64,000 nucleotides of DNA, taken from the NCBI GenBank assembly GCA_964539395.1, contig CAZIIU010000013.1:14082-78081 (forward strand). Direction: 5' to 3'. The translations under genes and the position numbers were made by a program. The stretch's first letter is position 1; each line of letters opens with the position of its first letter. The notes under the pieces were generated by a model, which saw only the letters and a program-made list of their open reading frames with translations, was not told the DNA's origin and did not search any database. Positions 38,408 through 49,110 of the stretch are shown piece after piece. The stretch is from an uncultured Bacteroidaceae bacterium (GTDB lineage Bacteria; Bacteroidota; Bacteroidia; Bacteroidales; GCA-2748055).

Positions 38408-41353
38408 ATGAACGAAGAGTTATATAACAAAAACAATATACCGGGAGACTTTCAATCAATCGACGGAAACCGGGAAGATGGGCAAAGCGGTGCAAAAATC
38501 ACACGTCTTACAGGAATGTATGAGGATTATTTTATCGACTATGCCTCATATGTCATCCTTGAAAGAGCCGTCCCCAATATCCAGGACGGACTTAAACCCG
38601 TTCAGCGTCGCATCCTTCACTCAATGAAACGCCTGGATGACGGCAGGTACAACAAAGTGGCTAATATTATCGGCTATACCATGCAGTTCCACCCCCATGG
38701 CGATGCATCAATCGGAGATGCTCTTGTACAGATGGGACAAAAAGAGTTGCTGATTGATATGCAGGGAAACTGGGGGAATATATTCACAGGCGATGGTTCG
38801 GCGGCCCCACGATATATTGAGGCCAGGCTTTCACATTTTGCCAATGATGTACTCTTTAATCCGAAAACCACTACCTGGAAACTGTCGTACGACGGCAGGA
38901 ACAAAGAACCACTGACATTGCCGGTTAAATTCCCCCTGCTTCTTGCACAGGGTGCTGAAGGTATTGCAGTCGGACTCTCGTCAAAGATCCTTCCTCATAA
39001 TTTTATTGAACTTATCGATGCCTCTGTTAAATATCTACAGGGGAAAGAATTTGAACTGTTCCCGGATTTTCCAACTGGCGGGAACGCTGATTTCAGCAAA
39101 TACAACGATGGTAAGCGGGGCGGAGTTGTAAAAGTAAGAGCCAAAATAGAGAAGACCGATAAAAAAACCCTCGTGATAAGGGACCTTCCTTTCGGCAAAA
39201 CTACAGGTACCCTGATCGACTCTATTATTAAAGCCAATGAAAAGGGTAAGATAAAAATTAAAAAGATCGACGATAATACGGCAGAATTCGTAGAGATCAT
39301 GATCCAACTTGCTCCGAATATCTCGTCCGACAAAACAATTGACGCCCTGTATGCCTTCACGGACTGCGAAGTGTCGATCTCGCCAAACTGTTGTGTGATT
39401 GAAGATGATAAGCCCAGGTTCATCGGCGTAAGCGAAGTGCTGAAGCACAACACAGAAAGCACAAAATCACTGCTGAAGGCAGAATTGGAAATCCGGCTGT
39501 CGGAACTGGAAGAAAACTGGCACATGTCGTCGCTCGAAAAAATCTTTATTGAGGAACGTATATACCGCGATATCGAAGAGTGTGAAACATGGGAATCCGT
39601 GCTTGAAGCGATCGATAAAGGACTTGAACCCTTCAAAAAACTCCTGGTCAGGGAGGTGACAACGGAGGATATTATCAGGCTCACCGAAATTAAGATTAAA
39701 AGAATCTCCAGGTTCGATGTTAAGAAAGCCGATGAGTTAATAAAAGGAATAGAGGATGAGATTAAGCAGGTGAAACACAACCTGGCCAACCTGGTAGACT
39801 ACACGATTGATTATTTCAGAAACATTAAGAAAAAGCACGGCAAAGGAAAGGAGAGAAAAACCGAAATCCGTAACTTCGAAAATATTGTTGCATCAAAAGT
39901 GGTCGCTGCAAATGAGAAACTATATGTGAACCGCGTCGATGGATTTATCGGTACGGGATTAAGAAAGGATGAATATGTGTGCGACTGTTCAGATATTGAC
40001 GATATCATTGTCTTCCTCAAGGACGGCACCTATGTGGTGAATAAGGTGGCCGAAAAACTCTTTGTAGGAAAGAATATTATGTATGTGGCCGTTTTTAAAC
40101 GTGACGACAGGAGAACCATCTACAATGTGATTTACTACGACGGAAACTCGGGACATACAATGATGAAGCGCTGCCCGATAACCGGCGTAACCAGGGAAAA
40201 GACCTATAATATCGGCAGGGAGCATCCGCATACACGTATTCTCTATATGACCGCAAATCCTAATGGCGAAGCAGAAACGGTAAAGGTAAGTCTGAAGCCC
40301 AGGCCACGACTGAAAAAAACCTTATTTGAAATGGATTTCAGCGAACTGGCTATCAAAGGTCGAAGTGCGGCAGGGAACATTCTTACAAAATATGCGATCC
40401 ATAAAATCACAATGAAAGAGAAGGGCCTCTCCACACTGGGAGGAAGAAAAATATGGTTCGATGAGGATGTTAACAGACTAAACGCTGATGCCCGGGGAAT
40501 ATTCCTGGGTGAATTCTCCGGCGATGATCAGCTGCTGGTAATCACTAAATCGGGTGCATTCAGAATCACCAGCTTCGACCTCTCAAACCATTTTGAGAAT
40601 GACCTGTTAATCATTGAAAAATTCAGACCATCAAAGATCTGGTCAGTTGCCTATTACGATGCAGAGCAGGATTACTATTATATCAAAAGGTTCCATATCG
40701 AACCAACTGAAAAACTTACAAGTTTCATTGGCGATCATCCTGATTCAAGGTTAATACAGATTATGGAGGTGGAATACCCGCGGCTTGAGCTGAAGTTTGG
40801 AGGAAAAAACAAGGACCGAAACCCCGAGATCATTGAAGTTGCTGAGTATATAGGTGTTAAAAGCTTCAGGGCCAGAGGAAAACGACTATCCAATTATGAG
40901 GTAAAAGTAATCGAACAATTGGAGCCGCTCACTCAGGATAAGAAACAGGTAAATGAGGAAGTTAGGGCATTCGAAACTAAAGAGGATGCAAATGCCTTAC
41001 TTGAAGCAGAAAAATCCAGATCTGCAGAAGATCCGGCAGAAACACCATCGGATATGAATAATGATGCACCAGGGAAGCGGTCCCAAGGTGAAGAAAACAG
41101 TCGACCGGTAAAAAATGATCCGGAAAAACGAAAAGAGAGTCCTGATAAAAAAACTCCTTTGAAAGGTAAAAAGGCTCCTTCGGACAAACAAATTCCGGAT
41201 GATGTGCCATTGGAAATTGTGGATCCGGGTGAAGAAAAGGGTAAAAAAACGGGGAAAGCTTCCGGCACAGTCAAAAAGACTGATGGTCTGAAACCGGCAA
41301 AAAAACCGGCCGGCGATAAAGAATCCAATGGCCAGATGAAGCTGGAACTGTAA
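38408..41353 (+). CDS. parC: DNA topoisomerase IV subunit A with a 140-aa Lys/Glu/Pro-rich C-terminal tail
   Basis: 981 aa. DGLKPVQRRIL, and the active-site region AAPRYIEARL (compare GyrA AAMRYTEARM). The tail is encoded at 40931-41350. Confidence 0.85.
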   Translation: MNEELYNKNNIPGDFQSIDGNREDGQSGAKITRLTGMYEDYFIDYASYVILERAVPNIQDGLKPVQRRILHSMKRLDDGRYNKVANIIGYTMQFHPHGDASIGDALVQMGQKELLIDMQGNWGNIFTGDGSAAPRYIEARLSHFANDVLFNPKTTTWKLSYDGRNKEPLTLPVKFPLLLAQGAEGIAVGLSSKILPHNFIELIDASVKYLQGKEFELFPDFPTGGNADFSKYNDGKRGGVVKVRAKIEKTDKKTLVIRDLPFGKTTGTLIDSIIKANEKGKIKIKKIDDNTAEFVEIMIQLAPNISSDKTIDALYAFTDCEVSISPNCCVIEDDKPRFIGVSEVLKHNTESTKSLLKAELEIRLSELEENWHMSSLEKIFIEERIYRDIEECETWESVLEAIDKGLEPFKKLLVREVTTEDIIRLTEIKIKRISRFDVKKADELIKGIEDEIKQVKHNLANLVDYTIDYFRNIKKKHGKGKERKTEIRNFENIVASKVVAANEKLYVNRVDGFIGTGLRKDEYVCDCSDIDDIIVFLKDGTYVVNKVAEKLFVGKNIMYVAVFKRDDRRTIYNVIYYDGNSGHTMMKRCPITGVTREKTYNIGREHPHTRILYMTANPNGEAETVKVSLKPRPRLKKTLFEMDFSELAIKGRSAAGNILTKYAIHKITMKEKGLSTLGGRKIWFDEDVNRLNADARGIFLGEFSGDDQLLVITKSGAFRITSFDLSNHFENDLLIIEKFRPSKIWSVAYYDAEQDYYYIKRFHIEPTEKLTSFIGDHPDSRLIQIMEVEYPRLELKFGGKNKDRNPEIIEVAEYIGVKSFRARGKRLSNYEVKVIEQLEPLTQDKKQVNEEVRAFETKEDANALLEAEKSRSAEDPAETPSDMNNDAPGKRSQGEENSRPVKNDPEKRKESPDKKTPLKGKKAPSDKQIPDDVPLEIVDPGEEKGKKTGKASGTVKKTDGLKPAKKPAGDKESNGQMKLEL

Positions 41354-41425
41354 CTGCAATCATTTGGTGAAGGATAAGTTCTGTAGAAATATCATTAACA
41401 GGTCAATAAATTAATCCGGAAACAG

Positions 41426-41938
41426 ATGCATACACGTATCTTTCTATTGGGCTTCATGGGATCCGGAAAAAGTACACACGGAAGGTCAATTGCAAAGATG
41501 ATGGGCTATTCCTTCGTGGATATGGACCGGTGGATAGAGGAATTCACCGGAATGAACATACCTGAAATATTTAATACGCATGGGGAGCAGTTTTTCAGAA
41601 TGCAGGAACGCAACGCCATTAAAGAACTCAGTAAAATGGAACGGGTTATTATCGCCACCGGGGGTGGTACTCCCTGTTATGGAGAAAACATGGAACTGTT
41701 GAAAAAATCAGGACTCACCATCTACCTGAAACTTTCACCGGAGGTGCTTCTAAGCAGACTAAGACTATCGAAAAACAAGCGGCCACTCCTCAATGGTAAA
41801 AGCGAGGAGGAGATACAAAAAACAATCGAAGAGTTACTTCAGCAGCGTGAACCATTCTATGCCTGTGCAGATATGATCATTGACGGACTCGAAAGTGTGA
41901 ATGAACGCGTTGTCAATGCCATTCAGAGGTATCATTAA
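41426..41938 (+). CDS. aroK: Shikimate kinase
   Basis: 170 aa. LLGFMGSGKST P-loop and typical length. Confidence 0.9.
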   Translation: MHTRIFLLGFMGSGKSTHGRSIAKMMGYSFVDMDRWIEEFTGMNIPEIFNTHGEQFFRMQERNAIKELSKMERVIIATGGGTPCYGENMELLKKSGLTIYLKLSPEVLLSRLRLSKNKRPLLNGKSEEEIQKTIEELLQQREPFYACADMIIDGLESVNERVVNAIQRYH

Positions 41939-42040
41939 ACAGAAGGACCACTCAGACTCCTTATAAATCCTGCAAAACTTTCTGGACATTGAACAATGCC
42001 ACGAAATTGTGAGGAAGTACCGGTTTAATAAGGTAGCCGG

Positions 42041-43747
42041 CTAAGGAAAGACAATCTGATATTCCATCATCGTGGAGTAATAGGAATTCCCCTTAAGAAG
42101 TTGGGAATGTGTGCCTTCTCCAATAATCCGGCCACTGTGCATTACAAGTACCTGGTCCATCTTTTCCATATCCAGTAAACGGTGTGTAACCATAATCACA
42201 GTTCGTTCCCTGGTTGCTGCCCTGATAATGTCAAGTATATTTCTCTCGGTATTTACATCCAGGTTAGCAGTTGGTTCATCCAGAATCCATATCGGGGCAT
42301 CTTTCAGCAGCGCCCTCGCCAGGGCCATTAATCTTCGTTCACCTCCTGAGAGACGTGTTCCAAAGCTTCCGGGGTTGATATCTAGATTCTCACTAAAGCT
42401 CCCAAGCCCTGTTTTTTCAAGCACCTCTCTTAATTGCTGATCAGTAGCAGAAGGATCTGCAAGCAGCAGGTTTTCACGCAGGGATCTGTTAAAAATATAT
42501 GCATCCTGTGATACTACCGAGAAAAAAGAACGAAGTTCCTCCACATTATAATGCCTTATATCGGAATCTTGCAAAAGGATCTTTCCTGCCTGTGGATCCC
42601 AGAAACGCAACATAAGGCTAACCAGGGTACTTTTTCCGCTTCCGGTTGGTCCCACGATGGCAGTTTTTGACTGTTGTCTGACTGTAAAATTAATATCACG
42701 CAAATAGATGGATTCGGATTCGTATGAAAAAGATACATGCCTGAAACTAAGATCGGACTTACTGGAAGTTTTCCGGGTAGCTGGCGGATCAGTATCTTCC
42801 AGGGAACTTTCAGTAATGGCCTGGATACGGGCGGCTGATTCCTGATAGTCCTCCAGATGCAGGAAGCCATTGCCAAGGTTTTGAACCGCCTCGAAGCTGC
42901 TCAGTACTCCCAGGGTAAGCATGGCAAGCATCACACCGGGAATTTGATCGGCCATTACAAGCGGAATGGCCAACACCAATACTGCAAACATCCCCATATA
43001 GGTCACAAGAATGTGCAGACCTTCAACCATTCCAGTCAGGCCCGCATTGCTGCGGTGGATCGTATCTATCTGCCGCTGAAGACCGGTCACCTCTTCAGCA
43101 GTTTTTTGTTTTTGCCCAAGCCATATTAAATCCTGCAATCCCATCAACCTGTCGACAAAATAGGATTTCATTTCCGATTTTAACCCTATGTCCTTACTTC
43201 CCATGCCTTTTGCCAGGCGTATCGCCAGCAGGGGGACAGCTATTCCGCCCAAGGCAAGAAACAGCAAAGTAACTATGGCCAGTCCCGGGTCAAAAAACCA
43301 TAACCCGGTAAAAGTGAGAAACGAAATCACAAATGCCGCTAAAGCCGGAGACAAGACTCGCAAAAATGCATTTTGCAATAAATCAATATTACCCACCAGG
43401 CTGGCAAGAAGGTCACCCGATTTGCGTCCCATCATCCATACCTGGGAAAGTGAATCGAGTTTGCGGTAAAGCTGACTCCGCATCTCTGATAGAATCCTGA
43501 AAACAAGGTCGTGGGAAACCAATCGCTCAGTATATCTCACAACAGCCCTGGAAATTCCGAAAAACCGGACAGCGGCCGTCACAATAAAAAGGTCAACCAG
43601 CATAGGCCTTTGTGCAGCACGTGAAATAAGGTATCCTGAGGTGCTCAATAATCCAATCCCTGTGGCAATTGTTGCTATAGCCAGCGCTATTGCCCCGGCA
43701 AATTGCAGCTTATGCCCCTTCATATATAACCATAAAAACCGCATCAT
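42041..43747 (-). CDS. cydC: Thiol reductant ABC exporter subunit CydC
   Basis: 568 aa. Six-TM domain plus ABC ATPase (GPTGSGKST, LSGGERRL, ILDEPT). It is the second ABC gene after cydAB, with an ATGA overlap with cydD. Confidence 0.8.
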   Translation of the reverse strand: MMRFLWLYMKGHKLQFAGAIALAIATIATGIGLLSTSGYLISRAAQRPMLVDLFIVTAAVRFFGISRAVVRYTERLVSHDLVFRILSEMRSQLYRKLDSLSQVWMMGRKSGDLLASLVGNIDLLQNAFLRVLSPALAAFVISFLTFTGLWFFDPGLAIVTLLFLALGGIAVPLLAIRLAKGMGSKDIGLKSEMKSYFVDRLMGLQDLIWLGQKQKTAEEVTGLQRQIDTIHRSNAGLTGMVEGLHILVTYMGMFAVLVLAIPLVMADQIPGVMLAMLTLGVLSSFEAVQNLGNGFLHLEDYQESAARIQAITESSLEDTDPPATRKTSSKSDLSFRHVSFSYESESIYLRDINFTVRQQSKTAIVGPTGSGKSTLVSLMLRFWDPQAGKILLQDSDIRHYNVEELRSFFSVVSQDAYIFNRSLRENLLLADPSATDQQLREVLEKTGLGSFSENLDINPGSFGTRLSGGERRLMALARALLKDAPIWILDEPTANLDVNTERNILDIIRAATRERTVIMVTHRLLDMEKMDQVLVMHSGRIIGEGTHSQLLKGNSYYSTMMEYQIVFP

Positions 43748-45498
43748 AATTCACCTCCGCTTCCAGGTGTTTGCATGAACCCGGCATAGATGCCATTTTT
43801 GGCAATCAGGCTATCGTTGGTTCCGGTTTCAACGATCTGCCCATTATTGAAAACCATGATTTTACCTGCCCTGTAAATGGTTTTTAATCGGTGTGCAATG
43901 ATCAAAGTAGTGCGGTCCCTAAAGAGTTCCTCCGTAGCACGGGCAATCAGCTCTTCACTCTCCGGGTCAAGGTGAGAGCTGGGTTCGTCCAGGACAATTA
44001 CAGCGGCATTTTTAAGGAAGGCTCTCGCGATGGCCAGGCGCTGCTTTTCACCACTACTTAATCTTGCGGCATTTTCTATTAGTTGAGTGTTGTAACCTTG
44101 GGGCAGACCCATTATAAAGTCGTGCGCCCCGGCTTTTCTGCAAGCTGCTGAAACCTGCTCCATGCTTGCTTCCGAATTGGACAACTGAAGATTTTCCAGC
44201 ACGCTCATATTAAAAAAATGCGGATGCTGAGATACATATGCAATAATCCGGTTTCTTTCCTCTTCGGGAATCTCATCAGCAGGAACCCCGTTAAATAGTA
44301 TGCGTCCCGCATCTGGCTTTAATAAGCCCATCAGGAGGAAGGAGAAAGTTGTCTTTCCCGAACCGGTGTGGCCAACTACCGCGGATAGTTTCCCAGGTTC
44401 AATACAACAATTAATCTGGTGCAAAGCCGGATGTGTTGTGTCAGGGTAAGAATAATCCACATTTACAAAATCGATTTGCACATTTTCACCGGGGAGTTTA
44501 AACTCCGATGCAGAAATCATCTGTTCCGACCCCGAATCCAGAATCTCAAACATCTTTTTTGCTGCAGATACCCCCTCCATCCCTGAGTGATGATGCTGAC
44601 CAAGTGCACGGAAGGGGAGGTAAAATTCCGGCGCCAATAACAGAACCAAAAGTCCATCCTGATAAACCATCATGCCTTCTATCAACCGTATACCTACCTG
44701 CAGCGCCACCATGGCAATGCTTACGCTGGCAGCCAGCTCCAATACCATTCCCGAAAGGAAGGCCACCCTGAGTACCTTCATGGTGATTTCCCGAAAACTA
44801 TCACTTACCCTGGAAACTGCCTCAGCCTCTTCGCGGTTTCTATTAAAGATTTTCAATGTCTTAATCCCATGCAGCACATCGAGAAAATGGGCCGACATAG
44901 TGCTCATCTCATTCCACTGCTTATTGGTGAGCTTGCCAGCCCAGGTGCCGACTAACCACATAAAAAACAGTATCAGGGGAGCTGTAACAAATAAAATAAG
45001 GCCACTCATCCAATCGTAGAAAAAGGAAAATACAATGATAGTCACCGGTAAAACCCCAATATGAATGATAGAAGGAATATACCTGGTGTAGTAATCATCA
45101 AGCTTTTCATCCCCCTCGGTCAACAGGTTTACAAGTTCCCCGGTTTTTTGCTCTCGGCTGTAGGAGGGCCCCGCATTGAGCAATCGGCCAAAAAGCCTTA
45201 GTCGTAAAGCGGACCTAATCTTTATTGCACTATGCTGCGCTAACCTTTCCCTGATCCACACCAACAAGGCCCTGGCAACAATAGAGCCTGCCAACAGGTA
45301 TAGAAGATGATTTTCCGGAGCAGTGTTCAGTATGAAAACGTCATTGATAACCAGGCTGAGCAACAACATTTGCAAAACAATGACCACAGTGGTCAAGAAA
45401 CTCAGCAGTGAGAGAGTAAGCAAAAATCCGGGTATGTCATTTGCCAGTCTAAATAACCGCCTATGAATACTATCACTACTCCCTGGGTATTGCATCAC
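43744..45498 (-). CDS. cydD: Thiol reductant ABC exporter subunit CydD
   Basis: 584 aa. GHTGSGKTT, LSSGEKQRL, VLDEPS. Its start overlaps the cydB stop by ~20 nt. Confidence 0.8.
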   Translation of the reverse strand: MMQYPGSSDSIHRRLFRLANDIPGFLLTLSLLSFLTTVVIVLQMLLLSLVINDVFILNTAPENHLLYLLAGSIVARALLVWIRERLAQHSAIKIRSALRLRLFGRLLNAGPSYSREQKTGELVNLLTEGDEKLDDYYTRYIPSIIHIGVLPVTIIVFSFFYDWMSGLILFVTAPLILFFMWLVGTWAGKLTNKQWNEMSTMSAHFLDVLHGIKTLKIFNRNREEAEAVSRVSDSFREITMKVLRVAFLSGMVLELAASVSIAMVALQVGIRLIEGMMVYQDGLLVLLLAPEFYLPFRALGQHHHSGMEGVSAAKKMFEILDSGSEQMISASEFKLPGENVQIDFVNVDYSYPDTTHPALHQINCCIEPGKLSAVVGHTGSGKTTFSFLLMGLLKPDAGRILFNGVPADEIPEEERNRIIAYVSQHPHFFNMSVLENLQLSNSEASMEQVSAACRKAGAHDFIMGLPQGYNTQLIENAARLSSGEKQRLAIARAFLKNAAVIVLDEPSSHLDPESEELIARATEELFRDRTTLIIAHRLKTIYRAGKIMVFNNGQIVETGTNDSLIAKNGIYAGFMQTPGSGGEL

Positions 45499-46489
45499 GA
45501 CCTATTCGTCTGGCAAATACATAATAGCTCCAACCCTGATATGCCAGCACAATAGGAATGAAGAACAGTGCAACGATACTCATGATTTTCAATGTCATCT
45601 CACTGGAGGAAGCATTATAAATCGTAAGATTATATGCTTCGTTCAATGATGAGGGCATTATATTTGGGAACAGCCCATTAAAGATTACAGCTGTGCCAAG
45701 GACAATTGTGAGAGCGATAGCTCCAAAAGCATATTTTTGCATCCTTAACCGCATGAATATGTAGCAGGCAGCAAAACTAAACAATGTAACAGTTGACAAT
45801 GTACCTGGAACCAATCCGAGACCCTCAAATAGTACAGTTTGCCAATATCCCAATACAGCAAATATCAACGTCACAATCCCAATAGGCCACCAGAGTAATT
45901 TAGCAATCTTTTCGGCACGGTCCTTCAGATTGTCCATGGTACGCAGACTTAAAAATAGTGCCCCGTGCAGCACGAAGATGAGCACTACAACAATACCCCC
46001 CAGGATGGCATAGGGGTTGAGAGCTGCCAGAAGATTGCCCGTAAAATTCATATCTTCACCGATAGGAAGACCCTGAACAATATTGGTGAACGCCACTCCC
46101 CAGAGTAGTGCTGGCAGCAGGCTGCCCCAAAAAATGAACTGATCGGCAGTTTTGCGCCACCATTTCTGGGTCATTTTACTTCGAAATTCAAATCCAACCG
46201 CCCTTAAAATCAATGCCAGCAGCATAAGGAACAGAGGAATATAAAAACCGCTGAATAAGGTTGCATACCAATGCGGAAAAGCTGCAAACATAGCACCTCC
46301 TGCGGTAATCAGCCAAACCTCGTTTGCATCCCAGAAGGGCCCGATAGTATTTATCACCACCCTGCGATCAGTATCGTCTTTAGAAATAAATGGCAGGAGG
46401 ATTCCTACCCCGAAATCAAATCCTTCGAGTACGAAATAACCGATAAAAAGGATAGATATTAACACGAACCATATAATCTGAAAGTCCAT
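45476..46489 (-). CDS. cydB: Cytochrome bd ubiquinol oxidase subunit II
   Basis: 337 aa. The N-terminus MDFQIIWFVLISILFIGYFVLEGFDFGVGILLPF is typical of CydB. Confidence 0.9.
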   Translation of the reverse strand: MDFQIIWFVLISILFIGYFVLEGFDFGVGILLPFISKDDTDRRVVINTIGPFWDANEVWLITAGGAMFAAFPHWYATLFSGFYIPLFLMLLALILRAVGFEFRSKMTQKWWRKTADQFIFWGSLLPALLWGVAFTNIVQGLPIGEDMNFTGNLLAALNPYAILGGIVVVLIFVLHGALFLSLRTMDNLKDRAEKIAKLLWWPIGIVTLIFAVLGYWQTVLFEGLGLVPGTLSTVTLFSFAACYIFMRLRMQKYAFGAIALTIVLGTAVIFNGLFPNIMPSSLNEAYNLTIYNASSSEMTLKIMSIVALFFIPIVLAYQGWSYYVFARRIGRDAIPRE

Positions 46490-46522
46490 TTCTCTTAGGT
46501 TTAAAAGTAAAACAAAACACGA

Positions 46523-47878
46523 TCAATAAGCATGATCCCTGTCTTCCTCAGGAATGCCGGGTTTCGCAAAGCGATGCACAAGATATACTGCAACAGCAGC
46601 CAGTAATCCGTAAATAAGGGTAAAGACAATGGTTGTTAAAAGCATAGAACCGCTGCTTACATTGGGTGATACACCATCGCGTGTAAGCATTAAACCATGT
46701 ACAACCCATGGTTGTCGTCCCATTTCAGCAACTATCCAACCAAGCGAATTAGCCAAAATCGGCAAAAACATGATGATAGTTGCCAGTCGTAAATAGAGCC
46801 TGTTTTTGTGTAGATTATTTCGCCACCACTTGACTATTCCAAACAGCGAGAACAAAATAAACAACATACCCAGGCCAACCATCAACCGGAAGCTCCAATA
46901 AACAACTCCTACAGGCGGCAGGTAATCACCTTCACCATATTTTTGTTCATATTCCTCCTGCAGGTCCTTCATGCCTTTCACTTCGCTTGTCAGGTTATTG
47001 TAAGCCAAAACAGTTAGCATGTAAGGCAGTTTCAACTCCCTTCTTGTTGTTTGGTTCTCCTGGTTAATAATGGCAAAAAGCGAGAAACTTGCAGGCTGTT
47101 CCGATTCCCATAAACCTTCCATGGCTGCCATTTTCATTGGCTGGTGCTTCACGGTATGCTGTGCGTGTTTGTGTCCGGTAGTAGCCACAAGCAGTCCGGA
47201 AACCACTGTAAAGACCAGGGCAATCCTTGCAGATTTTAAAAAGATATCCACCTGATTTTTACGTAAAATTTGCCACGCACTTACACCCAGCATAAACAAT
47301 CCTCCGGTAGTAAATGCTGCAATAATTGTGTGCTGAGCCATTACAAGCATCTGTTGGTTGAGCATAACGGCAACAAAATCACTTAATTCGGCCCGCCCTT
47401 CATTGAGCAAATATCCCACCGGCATCTGCATCCATGCATTGGCAATGAGGATCCATAGTGCTGAGAGATTGGAACCTATAGCAACCAGCCAGATACTAAG
47501 CAGATGTATTCCTTTGGGCAATCTGTTCCAGCCAAAAAGCCAGACAGCTATAAACGTCGATTCAAGAAAAAACGCCAACAAGGCTTCAATAGCAAGGGGA
47601 ATGCCGAAAATGTCCCCTACAAAACGAGAATACCCCGACCATGACATTCCAAACTGGAATTCCAGTACAATACCGGTAACCACACCCAGCGCAAAAATGA
47701 TCACGAAAAGCTTTCCGAAAAATTTCGTCAGCTTTTTATAATCTTCATTTCCGGTCCGGTAGTAAAAGGTTTGTAAAATGGCAGTCAAAACTGATAACCC
47801 CATTGTTAAAGGGCTAAAGAAAAAGTGGTACACGGTAGTGATACCGAACTGCCACCTGGCGATTTCTAGTACTTCCAT
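46523..47878 (-). CDS. cydA: Cytochrome bd ubiquinol oxidase subunit I
   Basis: 451 aa. ARWQFGITTVYHFFFSPLTMGL matches the conserved CydA N-terminus. Confidence 0.9.
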   Translation of the reverse strand: MEVLEIARWQFGITTVYHFFFSPLTMGLSVLTAILQTFYYRTGNEDYKKLTKFFGKLFVIIFALGVVTGIVLEFQFGMSWSGYSRFVGDIFGIPLAIEALLAFFLESTFIAVWLFGWNRLPKGIHLLSIWLVAIGSNLSALWILIANAWMQMPVGYLLNEGRAELSDFVAVMLNQQMLVMAQHTIIAAFTTGGLFMLGVSAWQILRKNQVDIFLKSARIALVFTVVSGLLVATTGHKHAQHTVKHQPMKMAAMEGLWESEQPASFSLFAIINQENQTTRRELKLPYMLTVLAYNNLTSEVKGMKDLQEEYEQKYGEGDYLPPVGVVYWSFRLMVGLGMLFILFSLFGIVKWWRNNLHKNRLYLRLATIIMFLPILANSLGWIVAEMGRQPWVVHGLMLTRDGVSPNVSSGSMLLTTIVFTLIYGLLAAVAVYLVHRFAKPGIPEEDRDHAY

Positions 47879-48156
47879 ATAGATTGGTTAAGATAGTGAG
47901 CGTTAGTTTTCATCATTGGCAAAAACAGGAAATCCCTGGATATTGATAATAAAAATAAGAATTATTTTCCAATCAACGATTAGATTATATTTAAATACCC
48001 GTTAATCCTCTCGATACTGATAAATAACAGATCTGCCAATCCCGGTTACAGGCTGCATCCTTTACTATGCGATATACCGGAACTGCTTCAACGCTCCCGT
48101 ATTTAACTGCCCGAACGGAGAACGATTGATTTTTGACAGTTTCACATAAATTCAGA

Positions 48157-49110
48157 TCAGAAGAGCACTTCCAGTAAGACCCCTGTCAGCTCATCATCAA
48201 GATGATCCCTGAGTATCTGACGAACCGTAATCCAGTCATGCCGTATACCGGTAAGAATTTCTCTCAAGAATTCAGGATCCACCTCTGGCAAACCGCTGTC
48301 AGCAAAACTTATATGTATTATAGCTCCCTTCTCCACTGTTGTTGTGATCCGTACACCCTTCAACTGTCGTTCCACAGTATAATTCGGCGAATAACCATAG
48401 TTCCACTCCCATAATGCATACCTGTTCTTTCTCAATTCAGCGATCTTCTCCACCTCCGAACGGGTTAGTCTCTCGATTATATTCCTGTGATCAGCCACCA
48501 AAACATGTCTGAAAATAAAATCGTAGAACTCTTTCCTTTCCATCCCTGCTTCCAGCAGATCCCTGATATTAACTACATCGGATCTTACCGACTTCACAGC
48601 CTTATCGCTATATCGATCCGGCTCCACATGCAGGCATCTCCCCAACCGCTCAAGGTCGGCATCAAATAATAGTGTTCCATGATGCAGTACCCTCGTCTTG
48701 TATACATGACTGGCGGTACCCGAGATCTTTCCTGCACCGGTGAGCACCTCGTTCCGTTTTCCAAGATAAGCCTCCACCCCCAGCTCCCGGAGGGCCTCGA
48801 TCACCGGCGCAGTATATTTGTCAAATTTAACAAAGTCACCGGGCAACTCATTTGTGATAAAGGAGTAATTCATGTTGCCATGGTCGTGGTAAACGGCGCC
48901 TCCACCCGATATACGGCGGGCCAGCAGGATCCCATTCTCATGAAGATACCTGTCATTAATCTCTGCAAGCGCATTCTGATGCTTCCCTATAACCACAGCA
49001 GGGTCATTCACATACTGGAAATAGATCTCCTCATTGTAATGCTTTAGCAGGTACTCTTCCGCCGCCAGGTTGAAATAGGGATCGCCGGTCTGACTATAAA
49101 TGCACCTCAT
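48157..49110 (-). CDS. lplA: Lipoate--protein ligase
   Basis: I chose ATG 49108-49110 (MRCIYSQTGDPYFNLAAEEYLLKH), which gives an ATGA overlap with the PAP2 stop. The 68-aa N-terminal extension in the ORF track overlaps the PAP2 gene and looks non-coding. RRISGGGAVYHDHGN is typical of LplA. Confidence 0.85.
   Translation of the reverse strand: MRCIYSQTGDPYFNLAAEEYLLKHYNEEIYFQYVNDPAVVIGKHQNALAEINDRYLHENGILLARRISGGGAVYHDHGNMNYSFITNELPGDFVKFDKYTAPVIEALRELGVEAYLGKRNEVLTGAGKISGTASHVYKTRVLHHGTLLFDADLERLGRCLHVEPDRYSDKAVKSVRSDVVNIRDLLEAGMERKEFYDFIFRHVLVADHRNIIERLTRSEVEKIAELRKNRYALWEWNYGYSPNYTVERQLKGVRITTTVEKGAIIHISFADSGLPEVDPEFLREILTGIRHDWITVRQILRDHLDDELTGVLLEVLF

Noticed and set aside
38995-39789. 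264-aa minus-strand ORF (and a 137-aa one) inside parC
   Set aside because: It is antisense to a clear topoisomerase IV A subunit. It is Ser/Ile/Leu-rich with no motifs. It is a shadow ORF.
40933-41359. Three overlapping 77-131-aa minus-strand ORFs over the parC tail
   Set aside because: They are compositional artefacts of the Lys/Glu-rich (AAA/GAA) tail and show no independent signal.
47879-48156. FNR/CRP-type TTGAT-N4-ATCAA box in the cydA upstream region
   Set aside because: TTGAT and ATCAA half-sites occur, but never with 4-nt spacing. I also found no clean TAnnTTTG box on the minus strand, so I call no regulatory site.
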